Positions 1 to 14,211 of a stretch of 64,000 nt of DNA are shown here, piece by piece. How positions within the stretch are numbered: the first letter of the stretch is position 1; each line of letters starts with the position of its first letter. Under the pieces are notes generated by a model. That model had not been told where the DNA came from. It saw only the letters and a list, made by a program, of their open reading frames with translations, and did no database searches. A program made the translations under genes and the position numbers. Origin of the DNA: Antedon mediterranea (lineage: Eukaryota > Animalia > Echinodermata); assembly GCF_964355755.1 (NCBI RefSeq), contig NC_092673.1, positions 28,207,648 to 28,271,647 of the forward strand, in the 5' to 3' direction.

Positions 1-164
1 TTATGTTTCGATCACATAGTTCTGTGTCTACACTGTCCCAACTAGTTTAACAAAAAAAGTGTGATGTGCCCAAATATGGTAGTGATATGCCCGATTATCG
101 TAGTGATATGACATCATATTTAGTTTGATAGTATAGACAGAGCTTAAGGATTATATTTAAAAAA

Positions 165-1270
165 TGTTTTCTTACATTTTGAACGGAAGTATTTATTTGT
201 TTATAAGCCCAATTTTCCAGTCTTAATTTTACATTTTTAAAAAAAGTATTTATTTGTTTATAAGCCCAATTTTCCAGTCTTAATTTTACATTTTGAAAAA
301 AAAAAGGATTTTATTTGTTGATAAGCCCAATTGTGCAGTTTTATTTTACATTTTAAACGAAAGTATTTATTTGTTGATAAGCCGAATTTTCCAGTTTAAT
401 AATAATGACCCCTTCCACAGTGCTTATACCATATACATTTTACATGATATTGACCGTGGGTTCTTTACGCCTCTGATGCATTTGTTTTTATTGTACCTTT
501 TTAATAAATTATTATATGTTTAGGCCTAATCAAACCCAATTTAATGAAACGGTCAGATTCCGATTTCAATTGAACGAAAGTAGTACTGTATTTATTATTC
601 ATTGATAAGCCAAGGGTCCCATGGCGTTAGCCGATATCTTGAGCATTTGACTCTTGTGTCAACCTGTAACACAAATCATTCTTCAAAATCTAAAGAAAGA
701 ACCTCACACGTCTTTTTTGTGAGTGATACACTATGGATATGCCCACGGAAATAATATGTGGACATTGCAAACAATCATAGGCCTACAGTAACAAACATAA
801 CATGGCTAATAAGCATAACATTCAGACTTGTTTGTTTTCTAGTGGATTTTTATTTACTTTAGCATGTAGAATAAAACTAGTAACAGTGGCTATATTAATA
901 ATTATACTGATTATCCTTGAGATGTTATCGCGTCTAATAATAAAATATTTTGTTGCTGATAAGCCCAATTTTTCAGCCTTGATTTTACATTTTGAACGAA
1001 AGTATTTATTTGTTGATAAGCCCAATTTTGCAGTCTTAATAATGACCCTTCCACAGTGCATTTTACATGATATTGACCGAGGGTTTTTACGCCTCTATAG
1101 CCACTGATCAATACCATAATAATGTACTTTTTTAAATGAATATTGAAATGTTTCAACATACCCAATTAAAAAAAAAACGGTCCGTTTTCGAGTTCAATCT
1201 TTTGATTAGAGAGGTTGGAGTTTCATTTTGAACGAAAGTATTTATTTGATTGATAAGCCAAATTTCTAGT
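165..1270. repeat. Degenerate ~59-bp AT-rich tandem repeat with a larger block duplication (~345-610 vs ~985-1265)
   Basis: Recurrent unit ttacattttgaacgaaagtatttatttgttgataagcccaattttccagtcttaat; the segment aataatgacccttccacagtgc...catgatattgaccg occurs twice. Confidence 0.75.
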
Positions 1271-1573
1271 CCTAATGATTTGAGATTCAACGGGTTTTGC
1301 TTTCAATTGTATAATAATATAATGATATATATATATATATATATATATAAATATAATATTAAGTATAATTATGAATTCACCAACACTTTCAGGCCCGGGG
1401 CCGAGTTTGTGTAGACCAGACTTCCATGCACAGCCACATGTTAAGGAATATGAATCTCTTTATGATTTTAATATGGTTCGAAATGATATTACACAACAAC
1501 GATTAGACAGCAACTGTGCAAGAGTCCAACTAATAAAATCGGAATGATCAATTAATTGAACATTTACAGCATA

Positions 1574-1935
1574 AGGCCCATACACTAGGACGATAACGAT
1601 CAACGATAAATAGACAAATGTGCATTTTTAATACATAAACCAAAAGAAATATAAACAATTCCTTTGATGAAAATTATATTTTCACACGTCCAATCAAATG
1701 ACGTCATGATTAGTAAGACCAATAATATCGTGACAATACAGCGATTATATTGTTTTTATTTATCATGACGTCATTTGATTGGAATTTGAAAAACATTATT
1801 TTTATCAAAGACAGCATAAATGATTATCCTATAGGTCTAGAACGAAAACCTTTCTAATTTCTTTTGGTTTATGTAAAAAAAATGCATGCTATATATTTAT
1901 CGTCCGTCGTTATCGTCATAGTGTAATTGGGCCTT
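1574..1935. mobile_element. Palindromic MITE, PIF/Harbinger-like
   Basis: Ends aggcccatacactaggacgataacga / tcgttatcgtcatagtgtaattgggcct, TAA/TTA-type flanks, long internal inverted symmetry. Confidence 0.7.
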
Positions 1936-2862
1936 TATACAAAAAAAATAAATTGATTACGAAGTTACATGTCATTTTTACCTATCACCAAAAAACTAAC
2001 CTTTTCAAAACTAATTAATTGTTACGAAGCCAATTTATATTATATATTTCATTAAAACTGAACTTTACGGTAAATGAAGATTAAGTATCAGTTAATATGA
2101 ATAATATAACTAGTAGGTCTATGAACTTGAGTCCAGACACAGATCTGTGACATTACTATCATAAATGTTGAAACCACTTATAAAACCTTTTTTTTAAAGA
2201 AAATACAATTGTGTTAGGAGAAGGCTAATAAACAAATAGATAATGTACAAACCTTTTTCTGGATTAATTAATGGAGCAGGCGTTCCTAATAATCTGCTGC
2301 TGCTAGACTGATTGTTCACCTTCTGAATAATTGATTGGACCCCCCACGGCATCTGATAACCAACAAAAAATTTACGAGGACTGTTTCAATGATTTAATAT
2401 CTGACGGCGTATTATTATAACATTGGCCTAGATTGACAGTCAAAGAAAGTCATTGTAAATACCTTCCTTTATGTTGACAGAGCCAAAATAAAGTTTTGAC
2501 CATTATAGAATGATTATTTGACAGTGACTTATTATAATACCAGCCTGGTTGACAGCAAAAACGAAGTTATTATTTATTGATCAAGATTTTACAGATTTCC
2601 GTCTACATCTCAATAATACTGTATTATCAGCAAAGGCTTTCATATAGACTCTCTTCTCCCAGACGTTTTTTGGGTCCAGCAGCTACCTATAAATTATAGT
2701 CGAGTTTCCAAATTCACAAAACTGTCAGCCTTAGATACTAAAGCTACCGCTATGAAACAGCTTATTAATGAATGTGTCCTCCTGGGACATAGCTGGCTAG
2801 AGCCGCGGCGCGAAAATCAAATGTTTCACTGCAAACCTACCCTGTAATATTGTTTGGCATTT

Positions 2863-2942
2863 GTGTTGCTCAGATAGGGGCGAAATCCTATGGCAAGATC
2901 GTCATGGTATTCAGCTGAACTATGCGAGCATCATAGCAACAC
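2863..2942 (-). ncRNA. SNORD80: Box C/D snoRNA, SNORD80/SNORD77 (yeast snR60) family, copy 1
   Basis: Minus strand gtgttgct-ATGATG-ctcGCATAGTTCAg-CTGA...TTTCGCCCCTAT-CTGA-gcaacac. Terminal stem, boxes C/D'/D, and guides complementary to 28S TGAACTATGC and ATAGGGGCGAAA. Confidence 0.92.
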
Positions 2943-3425
2943 GTATTACAAAATAATTACACAAGTTATGTCATGCTTTAAATTTAATAAAAATTGTGTA
3001 TATGGTATAATCAGAGATGTACCATCAGGTGAAACAAGGGCTTAAATGTCATGTCTGATCGAGACAAGTTAGTTTTAATTGTAAAATTCTTTGTAAAGTA
3101 ATGACCCCATTTATTATATCACAGCTTTTTTAAAGAATGATAACATTTAAACATTCAATTCACAGTTTGCTCACAATGTTTTTAAGGAATTTTCTCAAGA
3201 AAAAACTATAAATTTAACGTAGAAAAATACTATTTTCAGCAAATGAAGCTAAATATCTTTACAGTATGTTGCAATACAATCAATAATAACTACTTACTGT
3301 AATCTGAACTTGCAACATTTTTTGTTTTTATTTGACAACACCAAACCTGAAAACAATCAAATAAGCCACAATTATACAGCAAAATATTGACAACAGTAGA
3401 AACGAACCTGCATTTATTGAGCCAT

Positions 3426-3565
3426 AAGCTCTATCTACACTATCAAACTTTATGCGACAAAAAAATGTGATGTGCCCGTATACTATGAACATGATGTCCT
3501 ATCACTACCATATTTGGGCACATCACACGTTTTGTCAAACTACTTCGATAGTGTAGACAGAGCTT
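3426..3565. mobile_element. High-copy Harbinger/Tourist-like MITE (~140-180 bp), representative copy
   Basis: TIR AGCTCTGTCTACACTATCAAACT, TTA/TAA flanks, internal 21-bp repeat gcccaaatatggtagtgatat. About 17 copies or fragments: ~19, 3426, 15780, 24177, 30690, 31258, 33361, 34328, 49490, 51510, 52223, 52566, 54219, 55050, 57980, 58146, 59576. Confidence 0.88.
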
Positions 3566-3624
3566 CATATGCTATATTTATGTATTAAATGAAGTATAGC
3601 CTTGGGATTGCAATAAACAATTTA

Positions 3625-3706
3625 AGTGTTGCTCAGATAGGGGCGAAATCCTATGGCAAGATCGTCATGATAATCAGCTGAACTATGCGAGCATCATAGC
3701 AACACT
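3625..3706 (-). ncRNA. SNORD80: Box C/D snoRNA, SNORD80/snR60 family, copy 2
   Basis: Nearly identical to 2863-2942 while the flanks are unrelated; boxes, both guides and terminal stem are intact. Confidence 0.92.
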
Positions 3707-3892
3707 AAATCAATTTTTTTAATTAAAATTCTTTATATTACAAAAATTGAAATTTACCTTATTTTTCAATTTCAATAACAAATTCAGTTCACAGATTAAA
3801 AGTCGCTCAATTCTAAAGAAATATATTAAATTTAGAAAATACCAATATTTGTTTGGGAATGATTATTGTAGTGTAGATTCTACAGATAATAA

Positions 3893-3967
3893 TATGGTTT
3901 TCAGATAGAGCTAATAATATTTCCTTCATTTAATATCGGGTTTAAAAAAAATCATCACAAAACCATA
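3893..3967 (-). ncRNA. SNORD44: Box C/D snoRNA SNORD44 (U44)-like
   Basis: tatggtttt-GTGATGA...TATTAGCTCTA-t-CTGA-aaaccata. Guide complementary to 18S TAGAGCTAATA (human Am166 region); lies ~80 nt upstream of a 3' splice site at ~3812. Confidence 0.88.
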
Positions 3968-4727
3968 CACTCGCTATAAACAAACATGGAAGACACATGT
4001 GATAATTATTACATACACAATCGATATTGGGCAATTAAATACCAAAACCTATTCAAGTAAATCACTGTATTTATGTATACTACAGACTTTCTACACTATA
4101 AGGGAAAGGTTAATTTGATACAGGGGTAGGGGGTGAAGTACAGCCGGAGTGAAATGTATGTATTAATAGGGATAACGATGCAAAATTTAAAGTTGTTATT
4201 TTTCAACCAATTTAAACATTATATGTTAGTATTTTGTTTCAATATTCCAATAAAGAAAGAATTACGAAAATCTGACTTGTAGTTTTCGAAATATAGGGTC
4301 TAAAACATCGCCGAAAATGATCGTTTTTGGCCACGAACGTTGTAAACAAATTGCGCCCTCAGTCGACAATTGTATGAACCACACCGTTTTTCACTAAAAT
4401 AATTACATATAATTACGTTTTATAGCAATTTATTTTATATATCAACATTGGAAATATCAATAAAATATATTATTAAATGTTTACAAAATATATAAAGTTG
4501 TTTATTTAACGGAATTCGTACAAATTCATTGCTCTAAATTTGTGTAGTAACGATCAGTACAGACCGACCATGTGACTTTGCAGTACACGCGAGAGAAAAC
4601 ATTCCGCTGTGGGTGATTCGCGTCCACCAATCAAATAGCCAGAATCCAAAATCATTCAACCGTGAGCTCTGCCGATCGCGGGAAATCTCAGCTTTGATTG
4701 GCTTACGATGACATATCACAAAATGGT

Positions 4728-4932
4728 GGTTTTGTAGTTGAGCCTCGCGTAATTTTCACAATTTTATTTCAAAAATAGACCTTTATGGTATGTGTGATTT
4801 TGAATAATAAAGGCTTCATATCGAGAAAAAAACGTTTTTTAACACTTGTAATAAATATAAAAGCACATGGCATGTAGAACTATATTATCTTGGCGTAGGA
4901 ATCCCAGGTCATGAGAGGCTCAACTACAAAAA
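4728..4932. mobile_element. Small inverted-repeat element (MITE-like)
   Basis: gttttgtagttgagcctc ... gaggctcaactacaaaaac inverted ends. Confidence 0.45.
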
Positions 4933-5298
4933 CAAGGTTGAATAGGGTTAGGTCACTGGACCTAATCTACCGCGTATGGTCGTACGCGGTAGACAGTATG
5001 ATATTTTAACCACATTTTTTACATGTTTGGTTGAATGTAGAAGATAAAAAATAGTTGATCTTATGGAATGATATAAATAAATACTCAAAAGAATTATGTT
5101 TACAGTTCAATTATTTTCAGAATACTACTACATAAAAATGTGTTTACCAATGGACAATAATCGCGTCAATGACATAGCGCGCATGGTAACGTACGCGGAG
5201 TTGAATCGTGGCAATAACAATGGAGTCAACTCTCGGTAACCCTAGTATTAAATTCTAGCCAGTTATTTTTTTTTACTATGAATTCATAAATTACATTA

Positions 5299-5711
5299 CA
5301 GTAGAACCTGTGTTTTACGTACCCTCGATTTTACGTACGCTTAAAATGACCGATGACGTCATCATTTTCTTACATTGAGGGCGCAATTTAACAACAAAGC
5401 ACACAAAGCCACAATCATGGCTGTGTGAGGAATTCTGCTGTGTGTGTGACAAGCTACGCACGTGCATTCCCCCTAAAGCAGCGACTGTTTTTATTGATAG
5501 AAAACAATTATATTTTACACTTTATAGCCTGAATAGCCTAGGCCTAGCTAGTGACCACCTCAGCCTGCATACTGTACAGAAGTAGGCAAATACGGCTAGC
5601 TACGATCTCTACGCATTTGGGGTCAATTTAAGGTCAACCTTGATTTTACGAATCCCTTGTTTTACGTACGCCTTTCGGTCCCGTACCGTACGTAAAATGA
5701 AGGTTCTACTG
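5299..5711. mobile_element. Tc1/mariner-type MITE
   Basis: TA|cagtagaacc...ggttctactg|TA with subterminal ttttacgtac repeats; related fragment at 40259-40495. Confidence 0.75.
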
Positions 5712-5744
5712 TACTACATATTAGGCCTCTTCCTAGTAATAATG

Positions 5745-7130
5745 CAGGGGTCCCAAGTCTACCGCTACCGCTTTTAGTACCCATCTACCGCGCTACCGCT
5801 ATCTCGACGTTTTCTACTGCATTTTCAAATTTCCCCATATTTTTGGACAAATTGATTTACGGTTACGCCCAGGTCAACAAGTCAATAACCAGACAAAAGT
5901 GAGGCAGGATGTTGAAACAATGTCTATTCATGCAGTCTCCGTGGTCTATATTGTGTTTTTATTTGTATGCACTGCCTTTGTTAAACCGTAACAATAATAT
6001 AAACATGCACGGTACTACACGCCGGACGTTGAAAAAAAAGAAGCGTGCAACCAACCGTGAATCAAGCACGTGGTAACCGGAATACGCGATTATCAATTTT
6101 GGGAGGATCCAAGTTTTAACTAAATAAACGCTTTGATTACACAGTGGTTGAGACACGTTTTTAATAGTTATTACATTTTTTAACACCCTCATAATTAATG
6201 GACTCTACCAATGTTGATCCGCTGCAAAGAACAACAGATCGCACATCGCACGAGGTTGTTGAGGCGGTGTTTTATTTGGTTTTACTGTACGATCCGATAA
6301 TACGAACATGTTAAATGATTTAAAAGGCATGGATTCGCCAAGCAAGTAGGCCTACATTTAATAAAAATTTACCTAAGATTGTCGTAAGCTCTTTTGTTCA
6401 AACTTGTTATTTATATAAATCCACCCGTTCCGGCATGCACGCTAGGCATCTAGCCTAGGCCTACTCCTCGATCGATGTCGCTGGTGGGGAATTTCCCAGC
6501 AATAAGAAATCGGCGAAGTAGCTCATAAACGGCCTACATTTTAATGTTACATCTTTAATGCCACTGTAGTTACGTATGAATAAAACAATATAAAACTCAA
6601 TGTTTTTCATCTGAAATAATGTTAACTCGCGTAATGTAGCATAAGACGGATTCGGAATAGTTATTTCGATTGTTTTGGGGTTTTAAAATGGTAGCTAGCT
6701 AGGGCCTAGAGAAGTAGAAGCCCAAGGCTAGGCCCGTGCCTAAAAAAAATGAGTAAATTCTATTGGGCAATACTATTGTGTAAATATTGTACATTAGGCC
6801 TATGTAATTAAGTTAAATTATTTTATATACTGGATTTTATTTAAAATACAGTATATACTTTTAAAATTCTTTGTACTGAGGGTGTGTCCATAAAAAAAAT
6901 AAGAATGTAAAAATACGGATGGATAAACCTATGTAAAATTTAAGCCAACTTATGTGTAAATATTGTATATACTGTATATGTAACATATTTAGTTAATTAA
7001 GAGACGTAAATGACACGCGTGGTTGATTTTCGATTTCCCGCGCGTTGACTTTTTTTCGACGCCTCGACGAATTGAATGTGGTTCACGACAAAATCTCCTG
7101 CGAATGGACTTTTCCAAGTTGGGACCTCTG
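5745..7130. mobile_element. Non-autonomous DNA transposon (P- or hAT-like), ~1.39 kb
   Basis: Termini CAGGGGTCCCAA / TTGGGACCTCTG flanked by a 7-bp direct repeat aataatg (5738-5744, 7131-7137); no transposase ORF. Confidence 0.65.
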
Positions 7131-9279
7131 AATAATGTATAAAGTATAGATAGGTACCCAGCAAAAAAATCAAAACCAATGTTACTAATTGAGTCTCATA
7201 AAAAAATGCAGCGGAAAAATGCATTCACACAAAAATTATACTGGCCCTGCCGCACCTATAAATAGAATGATAAAATTGATACACATGTCTATAAATATAA
7301 TTCAATTCTTTATTAACACATCAAAAAATATTTGATAAAATCATGGATTAAAGAATAGAAGGATATGCATCGACGGTGACATCAAACGATTTTACAACGC
7401 GCTTGCCTATACTAAAGCACTGCTGCCAATCAAACAAACACGTTCATTGAACTCCGTGTCTCTAACCGCGGCCCTCTGTAAAACGCTGCGAATCAACTGT
7501 TACATTTTTTGAGACCAAAACGTAACCATGTAGAAATCGTATGCGCAGTCTGAATGTTCTATTGACATGTCTGCGTCGATGATTAATTGATAACAAACAT
7601 ATATTGCTGAATAATTCTGTTTTAGTTTCATCACAATCGGACTACGAAAAGTTCACTTTCTTACGACTGGTAATTTTAAGTAGTTGGTAATATTAATAAA
7701 ATATGCAATTTTTATATTTGAATTATCATTATTTGCCTGCCATCTTCTGTCATTAAAAATTGCGTTAATCTATAGAATATTAAATTATGCATTTGACCAT
7801 GTATGTTGTTAGCGTGGCCGGTGTTCAGACATACACCAATCGTGTTTTTTAATATATGGCTAAGCAGTGGTTTCTTCATAAATCTCCTTAATTATCGATG
7901 TGATTATATTTAAACTGTAGTGCCTGGTGATTGGCTAGTGGTTATGTCATCCACATCACCGGGCCTAATTGAATGAAAACAGCGATCCCTGATCCGGGAT
8001 TGGCTGGCTATGTATAGTTGCGATTCGTTACCTAGCGGTCGTTTTGAAAAGTACACGCAGGGCAAACTTGATCACGAACAAACGAAGTAGGCCTACCTAT
8101 TATTATTCACACAAGAAGTAAGACAACGGTGAGTATTTAAGATTAGCCTAGGCCTACCTAGGCAGTATCAATGTCGGCAAATCATAGGGTTTACTAGCCC
8201 AGTTTAGCCTAGTTAGTACAAGGCCTAGCTAGGCTAGCATTCTTGTAATTTTACAACAAATGAGACAACTAATAGTTATTGTCTCAGATGTAGGGCTACT
8301 ACAGGTCATAAAATGCTACTTTAATCATCATAAAAAAATCATTAGCGTAGATCAATCGCGGCAGAAACCAACATAGTCAATAGTTGACCATCTACAAACA
8401 TCATGCAACCAAAGAACGCGCGAAAGAAGCGTAGCCAACAAGGTTAAATGTCGTTGCACATGTGCAGTAAACAATATATTAGGCACGCGACCGTTTCGTT
8501 GTTACCATGCGGTTAATTAAACTGTAACATTGTGGGCGGTCCGCAGTCTGTCGGCGAGAGTCAAGGAACCCTTGATCTCACGTCGATGCATATCCTTCTA
8601 TTCTTTAATCCATGATAAAATTAACATGTCTTCTAAAAAAGGCAGAGTTAACATCAAAATTATGAGCGCCCCAAAAAAAAAGGAATATAAATTTGTCAAT
8701 ATCGTAAAGTTATCAAAATAAACTGCTTGCTCACTCTCTATAGAAATCATCGTCGATATTTCGGCTAGGGTAGGCCGATGGACGGTCATTCACCCTTCCT
8801 ATTACCTAGGCTGTAACACTATAAGATGGTAGACTATCACACGTGACCTAACTTCAACGGATTGTTGCTCAGCCGCGCCTGCTTTTTTTAGTTCACTCAC
8901 TCACCACCTCGCGAAAACTAGGCTACAATTTCGACTCTATTTTTACCTTAAAAACATTATATAATGAAATAATATTGCATGCTTTATAATAATACATTTA
9001 TTTGCAAACTATATTAATCAATAACAACCCAAAATAGTTAATTATTACATCAGTCTTCTCACCTTCTCTAGTACACGTGTTACTCAAATGAGAGTTGTTG
9101 AGAAAAGGAAATCAATTGGAGAGGAAATACTTACCATGCGGTCTTTGATCATTAGTCTACCATGTCCAGGCTATAATAGAGGGCGCAATTGTTTCTGGAC
9201 AAACAAGACTACAGAAACCGGGTAAAAAGGAAAAAGGACACGTACAGAAATGGTAACATTACGTGTAATAAAGATTTGA

Positions 9280-9345
9280 CCAATCAGAGGTAGCCACAAA
9301 TAGCCAGTTGAGCCAATCAGAAAAAGACACGCTAGGCCTTATATC
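9280..9345 (+). promoter_or_regulatory. HSPA5 promoter with two ERSE-like elements
   Basis: CCAAT-N9-CCACA (9280-9298) and CCAAT-N9-ACACG (9313-9331) versus ERSE consensus CCAAT-N9-CCACG; TATA-like cttatat follows; non-coding exon donor at ~9458. Confidence 0.8.
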
Positions 9346-9781
9346 GTGTAAAAACATAAGCATCCCCAAACGGATGTCAAAGTATTTCAATCCGCTGATG
9401 AGACTGGTTGATGAGCAGAGCCTAGCCAATATTAATAATTTATTCAGCAATAAATAAGGTATGTGTTGTTAGTTATTGTAATTAAATTCAATAAAAAAGT
9501 ATTTATGACGAGCGATAACTGAACTAGGATGGCTAGGCCTAGGCTTTTTTCATGTTTCTGCATCTTCTAAACTACTCAAACTACCATGTGTGTGGTGTGG
9601 ATCACACACACCGGCGGGTGTGTACCGGCGATATACTCTGGGCCTAATAATACATATAGTCTGTATTGTCAAACTACTGTACTAACTTAGCTAGAATAGA
9701 ATACTGTTTTTGTTGTTAGAAATAGGTTTTTGAAGATTGTTTAATATATTGTGTTGGTTTTATTTTAATAAATTAATTTAG

Positions 9782-13252
<3,471 letters not shown>

Positions 13253-14211
13253 GAAATTTTATTAATTAGGGAAGAAATTAAATTATTATATTAAATATGG
13301 GTTGTTAATACTTGATGGGGCAAATTGATGTGTTCTATGCAGTATTTCTGTTGCGTACCATTCCAGTTAAATTCAATGCTGCCCCATTTCAAGACTTGTC
13401 GTTAATGATTGCCCAAGTAACATCTACTGGCCCACAAAAAGAATTGACCTTTTTAGCATCCCAAACGGTCTCTGTACCATGTATGTTGTTTGGCACCAAT
13501 GCCTCCAAAAAAATGGTTTTTGATTTCTCTATTAATTTTTTCTTTTTCAATTCCATTTGGTTATGATGTTGTTAGATCTTTCTCTGGTTGCTCAAACTGC
13601 AATTACAGTTTTGTACAAATTTAAATTAAAGAATAAAATGCGTGTACATTTTACAAGAATCATTTGTTTACTTGTATTTTTTTTGTAGTTTTATTTATAA
13701 AATGGTTTAAATTATTTTTCCCTAAATAATATAGTTAAAATAGGCCATTTTAATGCATAATAATATGCACTATAACAAAGTGTGGAAGCTCAAATTGTCT
13801 GGAAGACAGCATGCTTCGGGGTAAATGTTACTGTACTTTCCACATCTGCATAAATTGTTACCACTTGTAACCAGGTTTGATCTCCCTATACATGTTTTCA
13901 GACGCGAACCATAAGAAATCTCAAAAGGAAAGAGCAGTTCTTTGCTTACTATGATAGTAATAGGTCCGTTTAATAACATGGCAATGCACGGAACATCTTG
14001 GAAGAAAAAATGGTTTCGTCATTGTGATTTTTATTCACACTATGCAAACCGGGTTACAAGTTGTAGATGTGAAAAGGGTATAAAACTACCAAGAGGCACA
14101 TTCAAAGTATGATTTCATCAATCTAATTTTAGTGTTCAGAGGACAATACATCTTTAATCAAATGAACATTTATTATTAATAGCTTCTTTATGAGATGCAT
14201 AAACAATTCTA

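Larger units (their letters stand above)
1381..4600 (-). ncRNA. GAS5-like non-coding snoRNA host gene (boundaries approximate)
   Basis: Short GT-AG-bounded candidate exons (~3759-3811, 3297-3347, 2253-2352, 1381-1529) without a long ORF. The introns carry U44-like and two U80-like snoRNAs, families hosted by vertebrate GAS5. Pyrimidine run TTTTCTCTC (minus strand) near 4590-4600 with CCAAT boxes upstream. Confidence 0.6.

Noticed and set aside
700-778. Two small hairpins with ANANNA and ACA, suggesting an H/ACA RNA
   Set aside because: Hairpins are too short, spacing to ACA is wrong, and it is on the opposite strand to the host
2085-2165. Possible U25-like C/D snoRNA (TCACAGATCTGT could pair with 18S ACAGGTCTGTGA)
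   Set aside because: Box C is degenerate, D' is out of register, there is no terminal stem, and the match is a self-palindrome likely to be chance
13770-14000. Hairpin ending in ACA and a 69-aa ORF downstream of PPAN (telomerase RNA, U17 or alternative exon)
   Set aside because: No telomeric template, no U17 m1/m2 motifs and no recognisable protein similarity
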